Origin: a virus
Taxonomy: Duplodnaviria; Caudoviricetes
Virus record (IMG/VR): IMGVR_UViG_3300006127_000012
Coordinates: 1,225 to 65,224 of that record
DNA: 64,000 nucleotides
Reading direction: 5' to 3' (one strand)
This document shows, piece after piece, positions 35,212 through 45,386 of this stretch. Position 1 is the first letter of the stretch. Each line of letters opens with the position of its first letter. The notes beneath the pieces are model-generated. The model was not told the DNA's origin, made no database searches, and saw only the letters and a program-made list of their open reading frames with translations. A program made the position numbers and the translations under genes.

Positions 35212-35739
35212 ATGACAACATATTTTACCTACTACTTATATCACGTTCCAACAAAGAAAAAATATTATGGAGCTAGATGGAAACCAAATTGTCATCCAGA
35301 CGACTTATGGCAAACGTACTTTACATCTTCATCTAAGGTGCATCAACTCATAGAAGAATACGGAAAGGATTCATTTGAGATTGAAATAAGAAAAACATTC
35401 ACAAACAAAGTTGATTGTATTTCTTGGGAACATAATGTTTTGAAGAGATTGAACGTTCGACGTAAAGAAGAATGGTTAAACATATCTATCGGCAAACCTT
35501 CTTTTCTTGGTAAAAAACATTCGGAAGAAACATTAACAAAAATGAGAAAACCCAAAGGTACATGGTCCGAAGAACGAAAAGAAGCCAAAAGACAAGACGA
35601 ATTAAATAAATTGGCAAACGGGAAAGTTATGCCTACTACATTTGGAATGAAATACAAAATCTCTAAAGTTTTGTGTAATAAATGCGGAACATATCATGCA
35701 AAAAACAAAATAAACCTACATCACAAAAAGTATCATTGA
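35212..35739 (+). CDS. GIY-YIG/Seg-like homing endonuclease with a NUMOD3-like motif
   Basis: YFTYYLY...KKYYGAR, YFTSS, WE..VL, WLN, GKKHSEETLTKM. Opposite strand and overlaps the gp46 stop. Confidence 0.85.
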   Translation: MTTYFTYYLYHVPTKKKYYGARWKPNCHPDDLWQTYFTSSSKVHQLIEEYGKDSFEIEIRKTFTNKVDCISWEHNVLKRLNVRRKEEWLNISIGKPSFLGKKHSEETLTKMRKPKGTWSEERKEAKRQDELNKLANGKVMPTTFGMKYKISKVLCNKCGTYHAKNKINLHHKKYH

Positions 35740-37445
35740 GCTATACGCGAGAAGTCCTTCACCTTCTCGAACCGAATGATATTGGTGAATTTGTCCATCA
35801 TACTTTCTTTATGGCTGATAATGAAAACATTACTGTCACCAGAGATGCTTTCAATAATTGTAGCCAGCTGTTCAATACCATTCACGTCAAGAGATGAGTC
35901 AAAGATTTCGTCCATGATCAACAGATTGGCATTAGAACTGTTGCGCATCTTAGCGATTGCTCTCCAAGTAAAGAGGATCGCGAGATCGAGCTTTTGCTTT
36001 TCGCCTTCAGAGAACGAAGCATAAGAGAACACATCTCTATAACGCGACTTGATTGTTTCGTCAAAATTCTCATCAAGCTCAAATCCGATAGGAAGTTCCA
36101 TAATCGCGAGATACTTGTTGATGAGTTTATTGATGACTGGGATATATTGCTTGATGATTTTTGATTTGATTCCGCCGTCCTTCAAAAGGAGAGCAGCAAC
36201 ATCAAGAACATTTTTATCGACCAGAAGTTCTTCGCGGAGTTTCTCTTTTTCTTTCCACTCAGCCTTGAGACGCTCAAGTTCTAGCAACTCATCAGAGTCG
36301 TCTTTGTCTTCGTTCTTAAGATTATTTAGTTCAACTTGCGCACCCTTTATATAGGTAAATCCGCTAGAAATATGACCGTTATACTCAGATATTTTTCTCT
36401 GAATTGCAGCAATATCCAATTGAACCCCACCAATAGCTATGACACGAGCATCTACTTCTGCTAGTTGAATTTCAAGCTGGGCGCGAGCATCCTGAGTTTC
36501 AGTCAGAGACTTCCTCTTGGCTTCAATCGTATCGTCCTTGAATGCATGATCAATACCCTGCTTGCAAGTAGGGCAATTATCGTTGTCATGATAAAAGGCG
36601 ATGTCATTAGTCAGCTTCTTGATTTTGTCATTAAACGACTTGACAAGAGAAACCATAGTTTCACGCTTCTTATTGACAGCCTCTTGATCTGAAATAGACT
36701 GAACGAGGGCGATTTCTTCCGCCATCTTTTCTTGAATCAGAGCCTCATAGTCATTAATCTTTTCCTGAGCGTCTTTGATTTTGTCTTCAAGATCCGATAT
36801 CTGCTTTTCGTTGCTCGTTTTGATTTTCTTAATCAGATCACGATAAACAAGGATCTTTTCTTTCAGAAGGTCAATTTGATATTTGACTTCCTGAATTTGA
36901 TTCTTATTGACGCTAACCTTTTCCTTAAGCAGCGTGTTCATTGTGGTGAAAATCTGAATATCAAGAAGATCTTCAATAATCTCTTTACGCTGCCAAGAAC
37001 CGAGCTGCATAAATGGAACGAAGGTCGAAGAGCCAAGGATGATGATCTGACAGAAGCTCTTATGATTCAGCTTCAGGATATTCTTTTCGAGAAATTCTTG
37101 ATAATCTCTAGCAGCTGCATCCTGATTTAGGGCAACGCCATCTTGAATGATTTCAAACGTGTTCGGGCGAATTCCGCGACGAACCAAATAATCTTTCGTA
37201 CCGATCGTAAACTCAACTTCAGTCACCAAGTTCTTTTGGTTGATCGAGTTGAGCAGCTGTCCTTTATTAATTTTGCGAAATGGCTTGCCAAAAAGAGCAA
37301 ACGAAAGGGCATCAAGAAACGTAGACTTTCCTGAGCCATTCTGACCAATAACCAAAGAAGTTGGATGTTGGTCTAGCAGAATTTCAGTGAACGTATTACC
37401 AGTAGATAAGATATTTTTGTAACGAAGTTTTTTAAATTGAATCAT
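35733..37445 (-). CDS. gp46: Recombination endonuclease subunit (SbcC/Rad50-like)
   Basis: GQNGSGKST, CPTC hook, FSEGEK, MDEIFD, ISH. Confidence 0.97.
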   Translation of the reverse strand: MIQFKKLRYKNILSTGNTFTEILLDQHPTSLVIGQNGSGKSTFLDALSFALFGKPFRKINKGQLLNSINQKNLVTEVEFTIGTKDYLVRRGIRPNTFEIIQDGVALNQDAAARDYQEFLEKNILKLNHKSFCQIIILGSSTFVPFMQLGSWQRKEIIEDLLDIQIFTTMNTLLKEKVSVNKNQIQEVKYQIDLLKEKILVYRDLIKKIKTSNEKQISDLEDKIKDAQEKINDYEALIQEKMAEEIALVQSISDQEAVNKKRETMVSLVKSFNDKIKKLTNDIAFYHDNDNCPTCKQGIDHAFKDDTIEAKRKSLTETQDARAQLEIQLAEVDARVIAIGGVQLDIAAIQRKISEYNGHISSGFTYIKGAQVELNNLKNEDKDDSDELLELERLKAEWKEKEKLREELLVDKNVLDVAALLLKDGGIKSKIIKQYIPVINKLINKYLAIMELPIGFELDENFDETIKSRYRDVFSYASFSEGEKQKLDLAILFTWRAIAKMRNSSNANLLIMDEIFDSSLDVNGIEQLATIIESISGDSNVFIISHKESMMDKFTNIIRFEKVKDFSRIAQ

Positions 37446-38515
37446 GCAATGTTTACCGCTTCATTATACAATGTCCTGAAAAGCGAATCAAGTTTTGTCT
37501 TATCGACATCAGTCACCATACCCTCAATGGATTTATGGAGAACAGTCAAAGTATCGTCAAGGTTTTCTAGAATATCTTCGTCTTCGACCATATCGAGATT
37601 TAGATTGTCATCAACGATCTGAACGTGAATAGGATCTGACTTCTCGACTTTATCCATGAAAAGGTCGAACCAATATGGGTTGTTCTTATTCACAACAATC
37701 ACTTTGACGTAAGTGTCTTTCAGGCTCGCAAAATCAAACTTATTGATTTCTTCTGCGTCTTTCCACTTAATATCGTTATACGTGATCTTATTAAATAAAG
37801 CAAGAGGATTATGCACGAACTCCAATTCAGTCGTTTCCGTGTCGAAAACGTGAAATCCTTTTTGGTCGTTATAATCAGACCATGTCATCTCATATTGACA
37901 GCCAAGGTAATGAATATTGCCACGACTAGACTTGTGGTGGAAGTGACCAGAACAAACAGCATCGAAACGAGAAAACGTTTCAGCTGTCATCCCGCCACTA
38001 TGAACAGCACCACGATGCATCTCAAAACCACTGAGCTCAAGGTGACCCAGAAGAACATCAGCAGATGAATTTTCAATCAAATCCATAGACCTGTCGAAGT
38101 TGTCCGAACAGATCCATGGCATAAATGCTATCTTTTTTCCGCCGAGCATAACTTCCGTAGGATCAGAATATACTGTGATGTAATCAGCATATTCATTTAG
38201 CAGAAGCTGCGGAGAGTTTACTTCGTTGGTGTTTTTATAGAACGTGTCGTGGTTTCCGACGATCAAGTCCATGTGAATATTGTATTCAACTAGTTTATCA
38301 AAAAAGAACTTCCTGCAGCGATAAAGAGAAAGGAAGTTGATATATTTACGGCGATCGAAAATATCGCCAAGATGAACGATATGTGTAATATTGTTTTCAA
38401 GTAGGTATGGGAAAAACACATCGCTATAGAATTTATCCATAAACGAACTGAGTTGTTCGCTATCGTTTCTGCCACCAAAATGGGTGTCGTTCAGAAATGC
38501 AATTTTCATAATCAA
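37442..38515 (-). CDS. gp47: Recombination endonuclease subunit (SbcD/Mre11-like)
   Basis: DTHFG, HLGDIFD, GNHD, GHLE, SGHFH. Confidence 0.97.
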   Translation of the reverse strand: MIMKIAFLNDTHFGGRNDSEQLSSFMDKFYSDVFFPYLLENNITHIVHLGDIFDRRKYINFLSLYRCRKFFFDKLVEYNIHMDLIVGNHDTFYKNTNEVNSPQLLLNEYADYITVYSDPTEVMLGGKKIAFMPWICSDNFDRSMDLIENSSADVLLGHLELSGFEMHRGAVHSGGMTAETFSRFDAVCSGHFHHKSSRGNIHYLGCQYEMTWSDYNDQKGFHVFDTETTELEFVHNPLALFNKITYNDIKWKDAEEINKFDFASLKDTYVKVIVVNKNNPYWFDLFMDKVEKSDPIHVQIVDDNLNLDMVEDEDILENLDDTLTVLHKSIEGMVTDVDKTKLDSLFRTLYNEAVNIA

Positions 38516-39063
38516 TCCTCAATGAAATTCTCAAGAGCCTTCTTTTCTTCCTTCTTCTTTTTGTTCTTTTGAATATTGTTCTCAAAAGTGGCGATGAATC
38601 TCTGAGTGTTTTCGTGGAATTCGGCAGAGATAATATGTCCGCCGTCACTATCCTGAGAGGAGAAGTTTTCGTTGTGAATCAGCATATTCTGCATGCTCTT
38701 GTATTTCACATACTGCTGCTTCTTTTCCTTTTGGATTCTATGAATAAAAGAATGCCAGACAATCTGAGTAAAGTACGAGAAGGGATTCGTTGACTTATCT
38801 GGGTTGAAGCTCTTAATATAGTGGATACAGTTCTCAATTCCGTCGCCGATCATCTCGTCCTTATACGAGTAATTCATGAAGTTAGGCTTATTCGATAACT
38901 TCGTGGCGATCTTGTAGAAACACTCTCCGATATAATTTGGGATGATTGGGATTTCTTTTTCAGCAGCTACTGCTTCACGACAAGATTCTATATACTTCTT
39001 CATCTCTTCATAGAATCGTTTATTGTCAATATAGTATACTGATGTTCTTTTCTTTGCTGCCAT
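38512..39063 (-). CDS. gp55: Late-transcription sigma factor
   Basis: YIGECFYKIA..LS.KPNF.NYSYKDEMIGDGIENC, NPFSYFTQI. Confidence 0.97.
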   Translation of the reverse strand: MAAKKRTSVYYIDNKRFYEEMKKYIESCREAVAAEKEIPIIPNYIGECFYKIATKLSNKPNFMNYSYKDEMIGDGIENCIHYIKSFNPDKSTNPFSYFTQIVWHSFIHRIQKEKKQQYVKYKSMQNMLIHNENFSSQDSDGGHIISAEFHENTQRFIATFENNIQKNKKKKEEKKALENFIED

Positions 39064-39093
39064 TCAAAACTCCTGCAATTAGGGATATATTTC

Positions 39094-39123
39094 ATTCTAC
39101 CTGATTGTTCATAATAAGTAAAG
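39094..39123 (-). promoter_or_regulatory. CTTTAC-N18-TAGAAT promoter for gp55
   Basis: GCTTTACTTATTATGAACAATCAGGTAGAAT. Confidence 0.7.
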
Positions 39124-39166
39124 CAAAAAGTGACTGCATTTATTTTGCGTGTCTATGCAGTTAGTG

Positions 39167-39195
39167 CTTTACTTTTGCCAGAAATCAGGTAGAAT
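39167..39195 (+). promoter_or_regulatory. CTTTAC-N17-TAGAAT promoter facing antisense into the uvsW operon
   Basis: GCTTTACTTTTGCCAGAAATCAGGTAGAAT followed by GGGGATGTCCCC; no credible sense gene downstream. Confidence 0.6.
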
Positions 39196-39219
39196 GGGGA
39201 TGTCCCCTTTGAAATAAAC

Positions 39220-39651
39220 TTAATGAAAGTTCTTCTTGTCGAGTGGTTGACGCTTGATCAACTCCTCGAACATGTCCTTCACCCTTTCAGGGTCAAGAAA
39301 TTCTTCTGCTATACGCAGACTTTCCTTATGTCTTTCCAGCAACTCAGCTTTCATTTCTTTATATGTGGGATAATGGTTTTGCCATATCTCTGCGTGCCGA
39401 GCTATAATCTCTGCCTTTGGCACAGTAATAGTCAACACGTGGCCATGATCAAAAATAGCCATCGGTGTGGCAGATAGAGTGTCATATGGCACGAAGCTAT
39501 TTTTGTTGCTGTATTCATGAGCCAAGATTTGCATTGGTGCATATAGCGCCACATGCTCTTCATTATAATCAAGCAAAAGTCCAACGATCCGATCGTTGTT
39601 CACTAACCTAATCAAAATCGGTTCTTTAGGATCGTCGTTAAATTTTGACAT
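39220..39651 (-). CDS. Hypothetical protein downstream of uvsW
   Basis: MSKFNDDPKEPILIRLVNNDRIVG; start overlaps the uvsW stop. Confidence 0.7.
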   Translation of the reverse strand: MSKFNDDPKEPILIRLVNNDRIVGLLLDYNEEHVALYAPMQILAHEYSNKNSFVPYDTLSATPMAIFDHGHVLTITVPKAEIIARHAEIWQNHYPTYKEMKAELLERHKESLRIAEEFLDPERVKDMFEELIKRQPLDKKNFH

Positions 39652-41092
39652 TATATACCTTGTATGAAAAATTTTCAGAGTCATAAATCTTCACTCGTTC
39701 GTCGAAATGTTTCAGAGTGTAGTTTTTATGGGACTTGATACTTAGGTCATCTACCAGATCATATAATACAGCATGCTCTTTAGATTCGTGCTGTCGAAGC
39801 ATACGACCGATAGACTGAAGGACTTTGATCTTAGATTTTGAAGGCGAGGCTGCAATCATGTGATGGAGTTTCTTAATACTTACTCCCGTCGACGTAGTTC
39901 CGAGAGAAGCGATGAGTATCGCGTTATGTTCTTCCTCAATCGCTTTACGCATATTTTCACGATCAGAACCAGAAACAGAACCGTCAATGTAAAACACATT
40001 GTCAGGACTGCTGCTAGAGATGAGATCGTTAAGAGTATTGCCATGATTAATGATACGAAAGAATACAAGTTTGTTGCCCTTCAACGATAAAGCGAGATTT
40101 TTGATAAACTCGTTTCTTGGCTCATATGTGGTAAGGAAGTCGATTTCTTCTTGGTACGTTTTGCCTTTTAGGTCTCTGGCGATTTGCTCTGGATATTTTA
40201 AAGTGATGCACTTGATTTTGATATCAGCAACATGCCCCTGATCAATCAGTGCACGAGTCGTTGTGGTTTTGTATTGGGCACCAAAGAGACCTTCAATAGT
40301 AGCTTTATTTAGCTCGATATTATCAAGCGTCCCAGTCGTGCCGAAACGATATGGTGTATTTTCCATATTCGATAGGATCTTGATAAGAGTGGTAGCCTTG
40401 GCGCCATGGCATTCGTCACCGATCACGACTTCAAATTGATCGTACCACTTTTTATTGATTTTGCTTTTACCATTATCCAGAGACTGCCAAGTGGTAATGA
40501 CAACATCAGCATCAATATCGTGATTCTTGGATAGACCGTCAGTTGATACATGGATATTGCCCTTGTATCCGTATGACTCAAAATCTTTCATCATCTGAGT
40601 CACCAGACCGATAGTCGGAACGATGATGAGAGTTTTCTTTTTATACCATTGAGTGATGAAATAAATCATCAGCGACTTGCCTGAGCCAGTCGGAGAAACC
40701 AGAGTTCTCCTGCGCGAGCGAAGGCATTTTACAGTAGCGTCCACCTGATAATCTCTAATTTCAACCCAGCTAGGAAGATTGAGAGAAGCGATCATATCCT
40801 CAACCTCTTTGATTGAGATATTATCGTGAAGCAGTTGTTCGTCGAAAGTAAATGAATATTTGCGCTGATCGCAGAATTTTTTGACTCTTTGCGATAGACC
40901 GCAGTAGACCAATCCAGTTCCGCGATTGACCAAAGAGATGTTTCCGTCCCACATGCGCGATTTGTATTTTGGGTGGAAGCGGTAGTTTTCCGCTTTCCAT
41001 GTCAGTGCATCCGCAAGTTCCGCAAGAATGCCACGGTCAGCCACGACCTGACACCAAGTATGATTTATGAACCTTAGATGCACATCACTCAT
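39638..41092 (-). CDS. uvsW: DNA helicase (SF2)
   Basis: SPTGSGKS, GDECH, TTGTL, LQSIGRMLR. Confidence 0.96.
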   Translation of the reverse strand: MSDVHLRFINHTWCQVVADRGILAELADALTWKAENYRFHPKYKSRMWDGNISLVNRGTGLVYCGLSQRVKKFCDQRKYSFTFDEQLLHDNISIKEVEDMIASLNLPSWVEIRDYQVDATVKCLRSRRRTLVSPTGSGKSLMIYFITQWYKKKTLIIVPTIGLVTQMMKDFESYGYKGNIHVSTDGLSKNHDIDADVVITTWQSLDNGKSKINKKWYDQFEVVIGDECHGAKATTLIKILSNMENTPYRFGTTGTLDNIELNKATIEGLFGAQYKTTTTRALIDQGHVADIKIKCITLKYPEQIARDLKGKTYQEEIDFLTTYEPRNEFIKNLALSLKGNKLVFFRIINHGNTLNDLISSSSPDNVFYIDGSVSGSDRENMRKAIEEEHNAILIASLGTTSTGVSIKKLHHMIAASPSKSKIKVLQSIGRMLRQHESKEHAVLYDLVDDLSIKSHKNYTLKHFDERVKIYDSENFSYKVYNVKI

Positions 41093-41529
41093 TAAAAAAC
41101 ACCATTCATCAATTTCATGTAATTAATTGCGTTGGAAATTTGGAACCCACGAGCTCCTACTGTTTTGATAATCGAGTCAAGGGTTGACACCTTTTCTCGT
41201 TGAAGACCAATCTTAAGAGACAGCTTTTGAATTTCTTCATCAGCGTCAATATGCATATTCAAATCGGCTTTCAGAATCAATCTAGGATTCGGTTGCCAAC
41301 CCTTTTCTTTGATAGTATCAAGATCAAGAGAACCAGAGAAATATTCATTCTTCAGTTTATATAGCTGTTTGTATTCAGCCTCCAAACGAATGAGTACCAT
41401 ACGTTCTACAGTATAGAGTTTAAGATACTTGCTGTGAAGCAGAGGAATCTTAAGAGCCTCGTTATCTAGATCGGTTTTGCTGATTTTAGAGTCTTCAGAC
41501 CAGTTAGCGAAAATTTCATCAAGAGTCAT
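41092..41529 (-). CDS. uvsY: Recombination mediator
   Basis: W.EDSKI...LDNEALKIPLLHSKYLK, RGFQISNAI. Confidence 0.92.
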   Translation of the reverse strand: MTLDEIFANWSEDSKISKTDLDNEALKIPLLHSKYLKLYTVERMVLIRLEAEYKQLYKLKNEYFSGSLDLDTIKEKGWQPNPRLILKADLNMHIDADEEIQKLSLKIGLQREKVSTLDSIIKTVGARGFQISNAINYMKLMNGVF

Positions 41530-41547
41530 AATATATCCTTTTCACGG

Positions 41548-42072
41548 TTACATATCGTATTCGTACTTGTAATACCTATATCTGAATTCCATAGATGCCG
41601 TGATGTAATTGATATCAGTCGCATCTGTATATAGCTCAAATCCAGATAGGGTCTCTGGTAGAACATCGTAGAAATTGATTTTGACATTTGGCTGCATATT
41701 GCTGTTTAGAATAGTGAGAGAACAGTCAGAATATACAGCATTTGCGTCATAGTTCGGCTTCTTGTATATTACCGAAGACTTTTCAAAATTGTCTGGCTTA
41801 CCTAGAGAATAAATCCAATCATACATTTCGAAATAGCCCTTGAGGTTTTCGTCAAGTTTGAATGTGATCTTTAATGGATTGTATTCAATGTGGTCGCCAG
41901 GAAGATTGTTTTTGACAAACGGATTTGGCTCAAACACATTAGGCAGGGACACCCCAGGAAAGCTAACCTTCTGAATGAAATAGTTGAAGTTGGGCGAACG
42001 TGGAATTTCAAACTTAAATCCAACTTGCTGCAGGAAGTTAATGTTTGTCGGGACTTTGTCTAACGCTGCCAT
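41548..42072 (-). CDS. gp3: Tail completion / tube terminator protein
   Basis: NFLQQVGFKF, FIQKVSFPGVSL, PGDHIEY.PL.ITF.LDENL..Y.E.YDW. Confidence 0.9.
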   Translation of the reverse strand: MAALDKVPTNINFLQQVGFKFEIPRSPNFNYFIQKVSFPGVSLPNVFEPNPFVKNNLPGDHIEYNPLKITFKLDENLKGYFEMYDWIYSLGKPDNFEKSSVIYKKPNYDANAVYSDCSLTILNSNMQPNVKINFYDVLPETLSGFELYTDATDINYITASMEFRYRYYKYEYDM

Positions 42073-42090
42073 TTCGTTCTCCGTTATTTC

Positions 42091-42120
42091 ATTCTACCTT
42101 ATTTATTGAATAAAGTAAAG
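42091..42120 (-). promoter_or_regulatory. CTTTAC-N18-TAGAAT promoter with an overlapping AATAAATA
   Basis: CTTTACTTTATTCAATAAATAAGGTAGAAT upstream of the gp3-uvsY-uvsW genes. Confidence 0.6.
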
Positions 42121-42122
42121 AC

Positions 42123-42158
42123 AAAAAATGGGGCGGAGATTTCTCCCCGCCCCAAATT
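42123..42158 (-). terminator. Terminator after the major capsid gene
   Basis: GC-rich GGGGCGG...CCGCCCC stem followed by a T-tract on the minus strand. Confidence 0.85.
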
Positions 42159-42179
42159 TCACACTCAATAATCCGAAGA

Positions 42180-43526
42180 TTAGAGGATGTTGTTTACAAG
42201 CACACGACGGTAGTAAACGTTCACGTTCTGAACGAGAGTACCATCCGAACCAGTTGCACCACGCGAGAATGGGTTCGCGACAACGCCGTAACGTGTCTTG
42301 AAGCCAATCTTAGGCTGGAAGGTGTCCTGACCGACAGCACGAACCATCTGTAGTGGAACGTATGGGCAGTAGAACAGACCAGCGTCAAATGCGCTCGAAC
42401 CCTTGTAACCGATGGTCATATAGTTACCAGCAGCATATGGATCGATATAAACACGCATACGACCGTTAAGAACACCAGCGAAGGTATTGCCTGTGTCGTC
42501 AACTTCAAGGTTGTTCGAGTTTAGAGCAGGAGCATAGTCAAGAACACCAGCCATCTGAAGGGCAGAAGCAACGTCTGACGAGCAGATGATGATATTACCC
42601 TTACCACGACGAGTAGCCTTGGCGATTTCGTTAGCTTCACGCTCAACTTGGAACATCAGACCCTTGAACTTTTCAACTGACCAACGACCGTTTGAGTCGA
42701 TGTCGAGGTCGAAAGTACCAGCAGTTGTGGTAGCAGCAGCACCAGCTGTAGCAGTCAGGTTGATAGTACGAACGATTTCGCGGTTGATTTCAGCCAGAAT
42801 TTCAGCCGACAGAATTGTCGACAGTTCTGTTTCAGCGTCAAGACCGTGAATTGCCTTGAGATCCTGAGCCAGTTCGATTGTGTATTCAGCCTTCAGGGCA
42901 CGTGTCTTTGCAGTCACGGTTACCTTGTCGATGCTGAAAGCCATCTGGTTGAAGTCAACGTTCGAAGTCGAACCCAGAGCTTCACCCTGTGCAGTGTTTG
43001 CACCAGAAGCGAAGTTATATGTGTTCGAGTCGCCTGAAACGACAGTCGCGGTGTTAACACCGTAGATGCCACCCCAGTTACCACCAGTATTACCGATAGC
43101 AGCGTTACCAACAGCAGCCTTACCATAGGTCGACTGACCAGTGTTAGCTTCGTAGTAGAATGCGTTAGCACCCGACTGCGAGTCATACTGTGGACGCAGA
43201 GCGAAGATAAGACCAGTTGGACCAGTCATTGGCTGAACACCGCAGATGTCGTAAGCGATCAGGTTTGGCATCGCACGACGAACCAGCGAGATAAGCACTG
43301 GGTCGTAGTTCTGAACACCACCAGCAAGCGAAGTTGCTAGAGAGCCTGAAGTTTCCGACAGAAGTGAAGTTTGGCCACCCTGTCCAGCTTCTTCCATAAG
43401 AGCACGCTCTGTATTTTCAAGAAGCTGAGCGATTGTTGCACGCTTGTGGCTATCTTTGATCTTTGGAAGCTCAGGGTGTTCTAGAATTGCACCCCACTTC
43501 GTTTGGACTTCTTCATTGAGATTCAT
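42180..43526 (-). CDS. gp23: Major capsid protein
   Basis: YDPVLISLVRRAMPNLIAYDICGVQPMTGPTGLIFA, KTRALKAEYT.ELAQDLKA.HGLDAE, FYCPYVPLQM. Confidence 0.99.
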   Translation of the reverse strand: MNLNEEVQTKWGAILEHPELPKIKDSHKRATIAQLLENTERALMEEAGQGGQTSLLSETSGSLATSLAGGVQNYDPVLISLVRRAMPNLIAYDICGVQPMTGPTGLIFALRPQYDSQSGANAFYYEANTGQSTYGKAAVGNAAIGNTGGNWGGIYGVNTATVVSGDSNTYNFASGANTAQGEALGSTSNVDFNQMAFSIDKVTVTAKTRALKAEYTIELAQDLKAIHGLDAETELSTILSAEILAEINREIVRTINLTATAGAAATTTAGTFDLDIDSNGRWSVEKFKGLMFQVEREANEIAKATRRGKGNIIICSSDVASALQMAGVLDYAPALNSNNLEVDDTGNTFAGVLNGRMRVYIDPYAAGNYMTIGYKGSSAFDAGLFYCPYVPLQMVRAVGQDTFQPKIGFKTRYGVVANPFSRGATGSDGTLVQNVNVYYRRVLVNNIL

Positions 43527-43564
43527 TTGTTTAACTCCCTATTTCCTTATGAGTTGTATTTTAT

Positions 43565-44659
43565 TTATTTTTTTACAGTTCTTGAAATTACGTCAGCATA
43601 TGCTTTCATATTCGAAGGAACAGAAGAAGTTGTTTCTTCTTCAATATCATAACCTTCAGTCAGAGGCTCAGCAGCAGTATTGCTTGGAGTCTTTTCTGAG
43701 AAGTAGGTTTCCTTGATCGTTTCGACCTTTGAGGCAAAGTCGTCAACATTCGTGTAACTGATGTTTTCAGCTAGAGAAAGGAACTTCTCTTTCTGAGAAA
43801 CGGTCATGCCTTCAGCCATTTCGGCGACAAGGTCGGTAATTCGAGTTTCTTCCAGTTCTTCCTCAAGAGCGAGATTCTTCTCAACTTCTTCAGTAACGCG
43901 AGCCTTCAGAGCCTCGATTTCTTCTGCCATCGAAGACAGAACGTCTTGACGATCATCAGAAACTGTGATATAATTATTTTCGAACATTTCCTTCAGACCA
44001 AGCAGCATTTCTTCTGCCATTTCAGCCTTCAGACCATTGTCTACAGCGATCTGGTTTTGTTCGACCCATTCCTTAGCGACATATGACATATACTTGTCAA
44101 CTGATTCAACCATTTCATTGTGAACCAGATCAATAGCTTCATCAAGAGCAGCAGTGAATTGCTCTTCAAGACGTGTTTCGATAATAGCAACTCTTGAGCT
44201 CACAGCAGCTTCATAAACGGTTGAAGCCTTTGCCATCAGTTCTTCAGAAAGAACGTCATCGCCGAAGATTTCAGAAACGTCTTCCTTAGCAGCAATTGCG
44301 TTAACATGTTGCTGAGCTGGCTTTGTGATTTGAAACTTAGGAGCATGCGCATCTGTTGGTGACAGGTGAACAGTTGCAGGTGTTTCGCCAGCCGACTTAT
44401 CTGCTGAACGTGAATTATCTGCGCTAGTGTGAGCGTGATAAATGTCGAACAGTTCGTCCTTACCACGAGCTTGAAGATCGTGCATAAGAGCAGCGAGAAC
44501 TTCAGCCTTAGTGGTCATTGAATATGATGTTTCGCCAGCTGACTTGTCAGCAGTGCGCGAAGCACTACCATGGATCGCTGGCTCAGGGAGAATCCCATTA
44601 CCTGATGAAGATGTGAACTCGTCGAGTTGACCGTCTTCAACAATTTCTTTTCTTGCCAT
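43565..44659 (-). CDS. gp22: Prohead core scaffold protein
   Basis: KASTVYEAAV, VDKYMSYVAKEW..QN.IAV..GLK; position upstream of gp23. Confidence 0.93.
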   Translation of the reverse strand: MARKEIVEDGQLDEFTSSSGNGILPEPAIHGSASRTADKSAGETSYSMTTKAEVLAALMHDLQARGKDELFDIYHAHTSADNSRSADKSAGETPATVHLSPTDAHAPKFQITKPAQQHVNAIAAKEDVSEIFGDDVLSEELMAKASTVYEAAVSSRVAIIETRLEEQFTAALDEAIDLVHNEMVESVDKYMSYVAKEWVEQNQIAVDNGLKAEMAEEMLLGLKEMFENNYITVSDDRQDVLSSMAEEIEALKARVTEEVEKNLALEEELEETRITDLVAEMAEGMTVSQKEKFLSLAENISYTNVDDFASKVETIKETYFSEKTPSNTAAEPLTEGYDIEEETTSSVPSNMKAYADVISRTVKK

Positions 44660-44703
44660 TGTTTACAACTCCTTGTGGAAATCTTAATACTATTTATGTT
44701 TTT

Positions 44704-45375
44704 TTATTTTCTAGACAATTTATTTAGAAATTGCTCGAAAAATGCGATACTATTTTCGTTAATGGCAGAAACAGTCATTTTGTTCATTTGCTTTTTCGCA
44801 GTTTCAACAAACTGAGCTGCTCTCCAGGATCCTTCTGCTACATCATAGACCCATTCAGTGTTTTCTAAAATACCACGAACGAATGCATTTGGGGCTGACG
44901 GATCAGCGACAATATCAGCAGCAGTTGCTAGCATGAAGTCGTCTTGGACTTCCATGATTCCGTCTTTGTTCATCTTGATAGAACCCATGCCTCTCGAAGA
45001 AACTCCAAGATTTGCACCGTCTTCAATAAGACCCTTTACAACTTCACCCATAGGAGTAGAAGTAATTTTTGCACGACCAATGAAATTCGAACCATCGCGA
45101 GTTAGCGATTCGATCATGTGCGAAACACGATCAAGATTAATCGTTGGTCCTTGTGGGTGATTTAACTCACCATAAGCACGCTTTTGGTTAATATAATTTT
45201 CAGTATAACGTCGAACTTCCTTATCAAGAGTTTCAGCACGATACATTCTGCCGTTGCGATTCTTGATATCACCCATAAGGAAAATGCCTTCGATGAAAAC
45301 GTTCTTCTTGCCGTCTTCACGAGCTTCCTTGATGATTCTCACATCTTCAATTGTTTCTGTAATTAATAGAGCCAT
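44704..45375 (-). CDS. gp21: Prohead protease
   Basis: IEGIF...KNRNGR.Y, AYGELNHP, GVSSRG.GS, ADIVADPSAP.A. Start moved to ATG 45375. Confidence 0.97.
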   Translation of the reverse strand: MALLITETIEDVRIIKEAREDGKKNVFIEGIFLMGDIKNRNGRMYRAETLDKEVRRYTENYINQKRAYGELNHPQGPTINLDRVSHMIESLTRDGSNFIGRAKITSTPMGEVVKGLIEDGANLGVSSRGMGSIKMNKDGIMEVQDDFMLATAADIVADPSAPNAFVRGILENTEWVYDVAEGSWRAAQFVETAKKQMNKMTVSAINENSIAFFEQFLNKLSRK

Positions 45376-45386
45376 TTTAGTTATCC

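Noticed and set aside
39223-39477. 84-aa + strand ORF after the orphan promoter
   Set aside because: Entirely antisense to a coupled minus-strand gene, with no RBS and no recognisable features. Kept only as a remote possibility.
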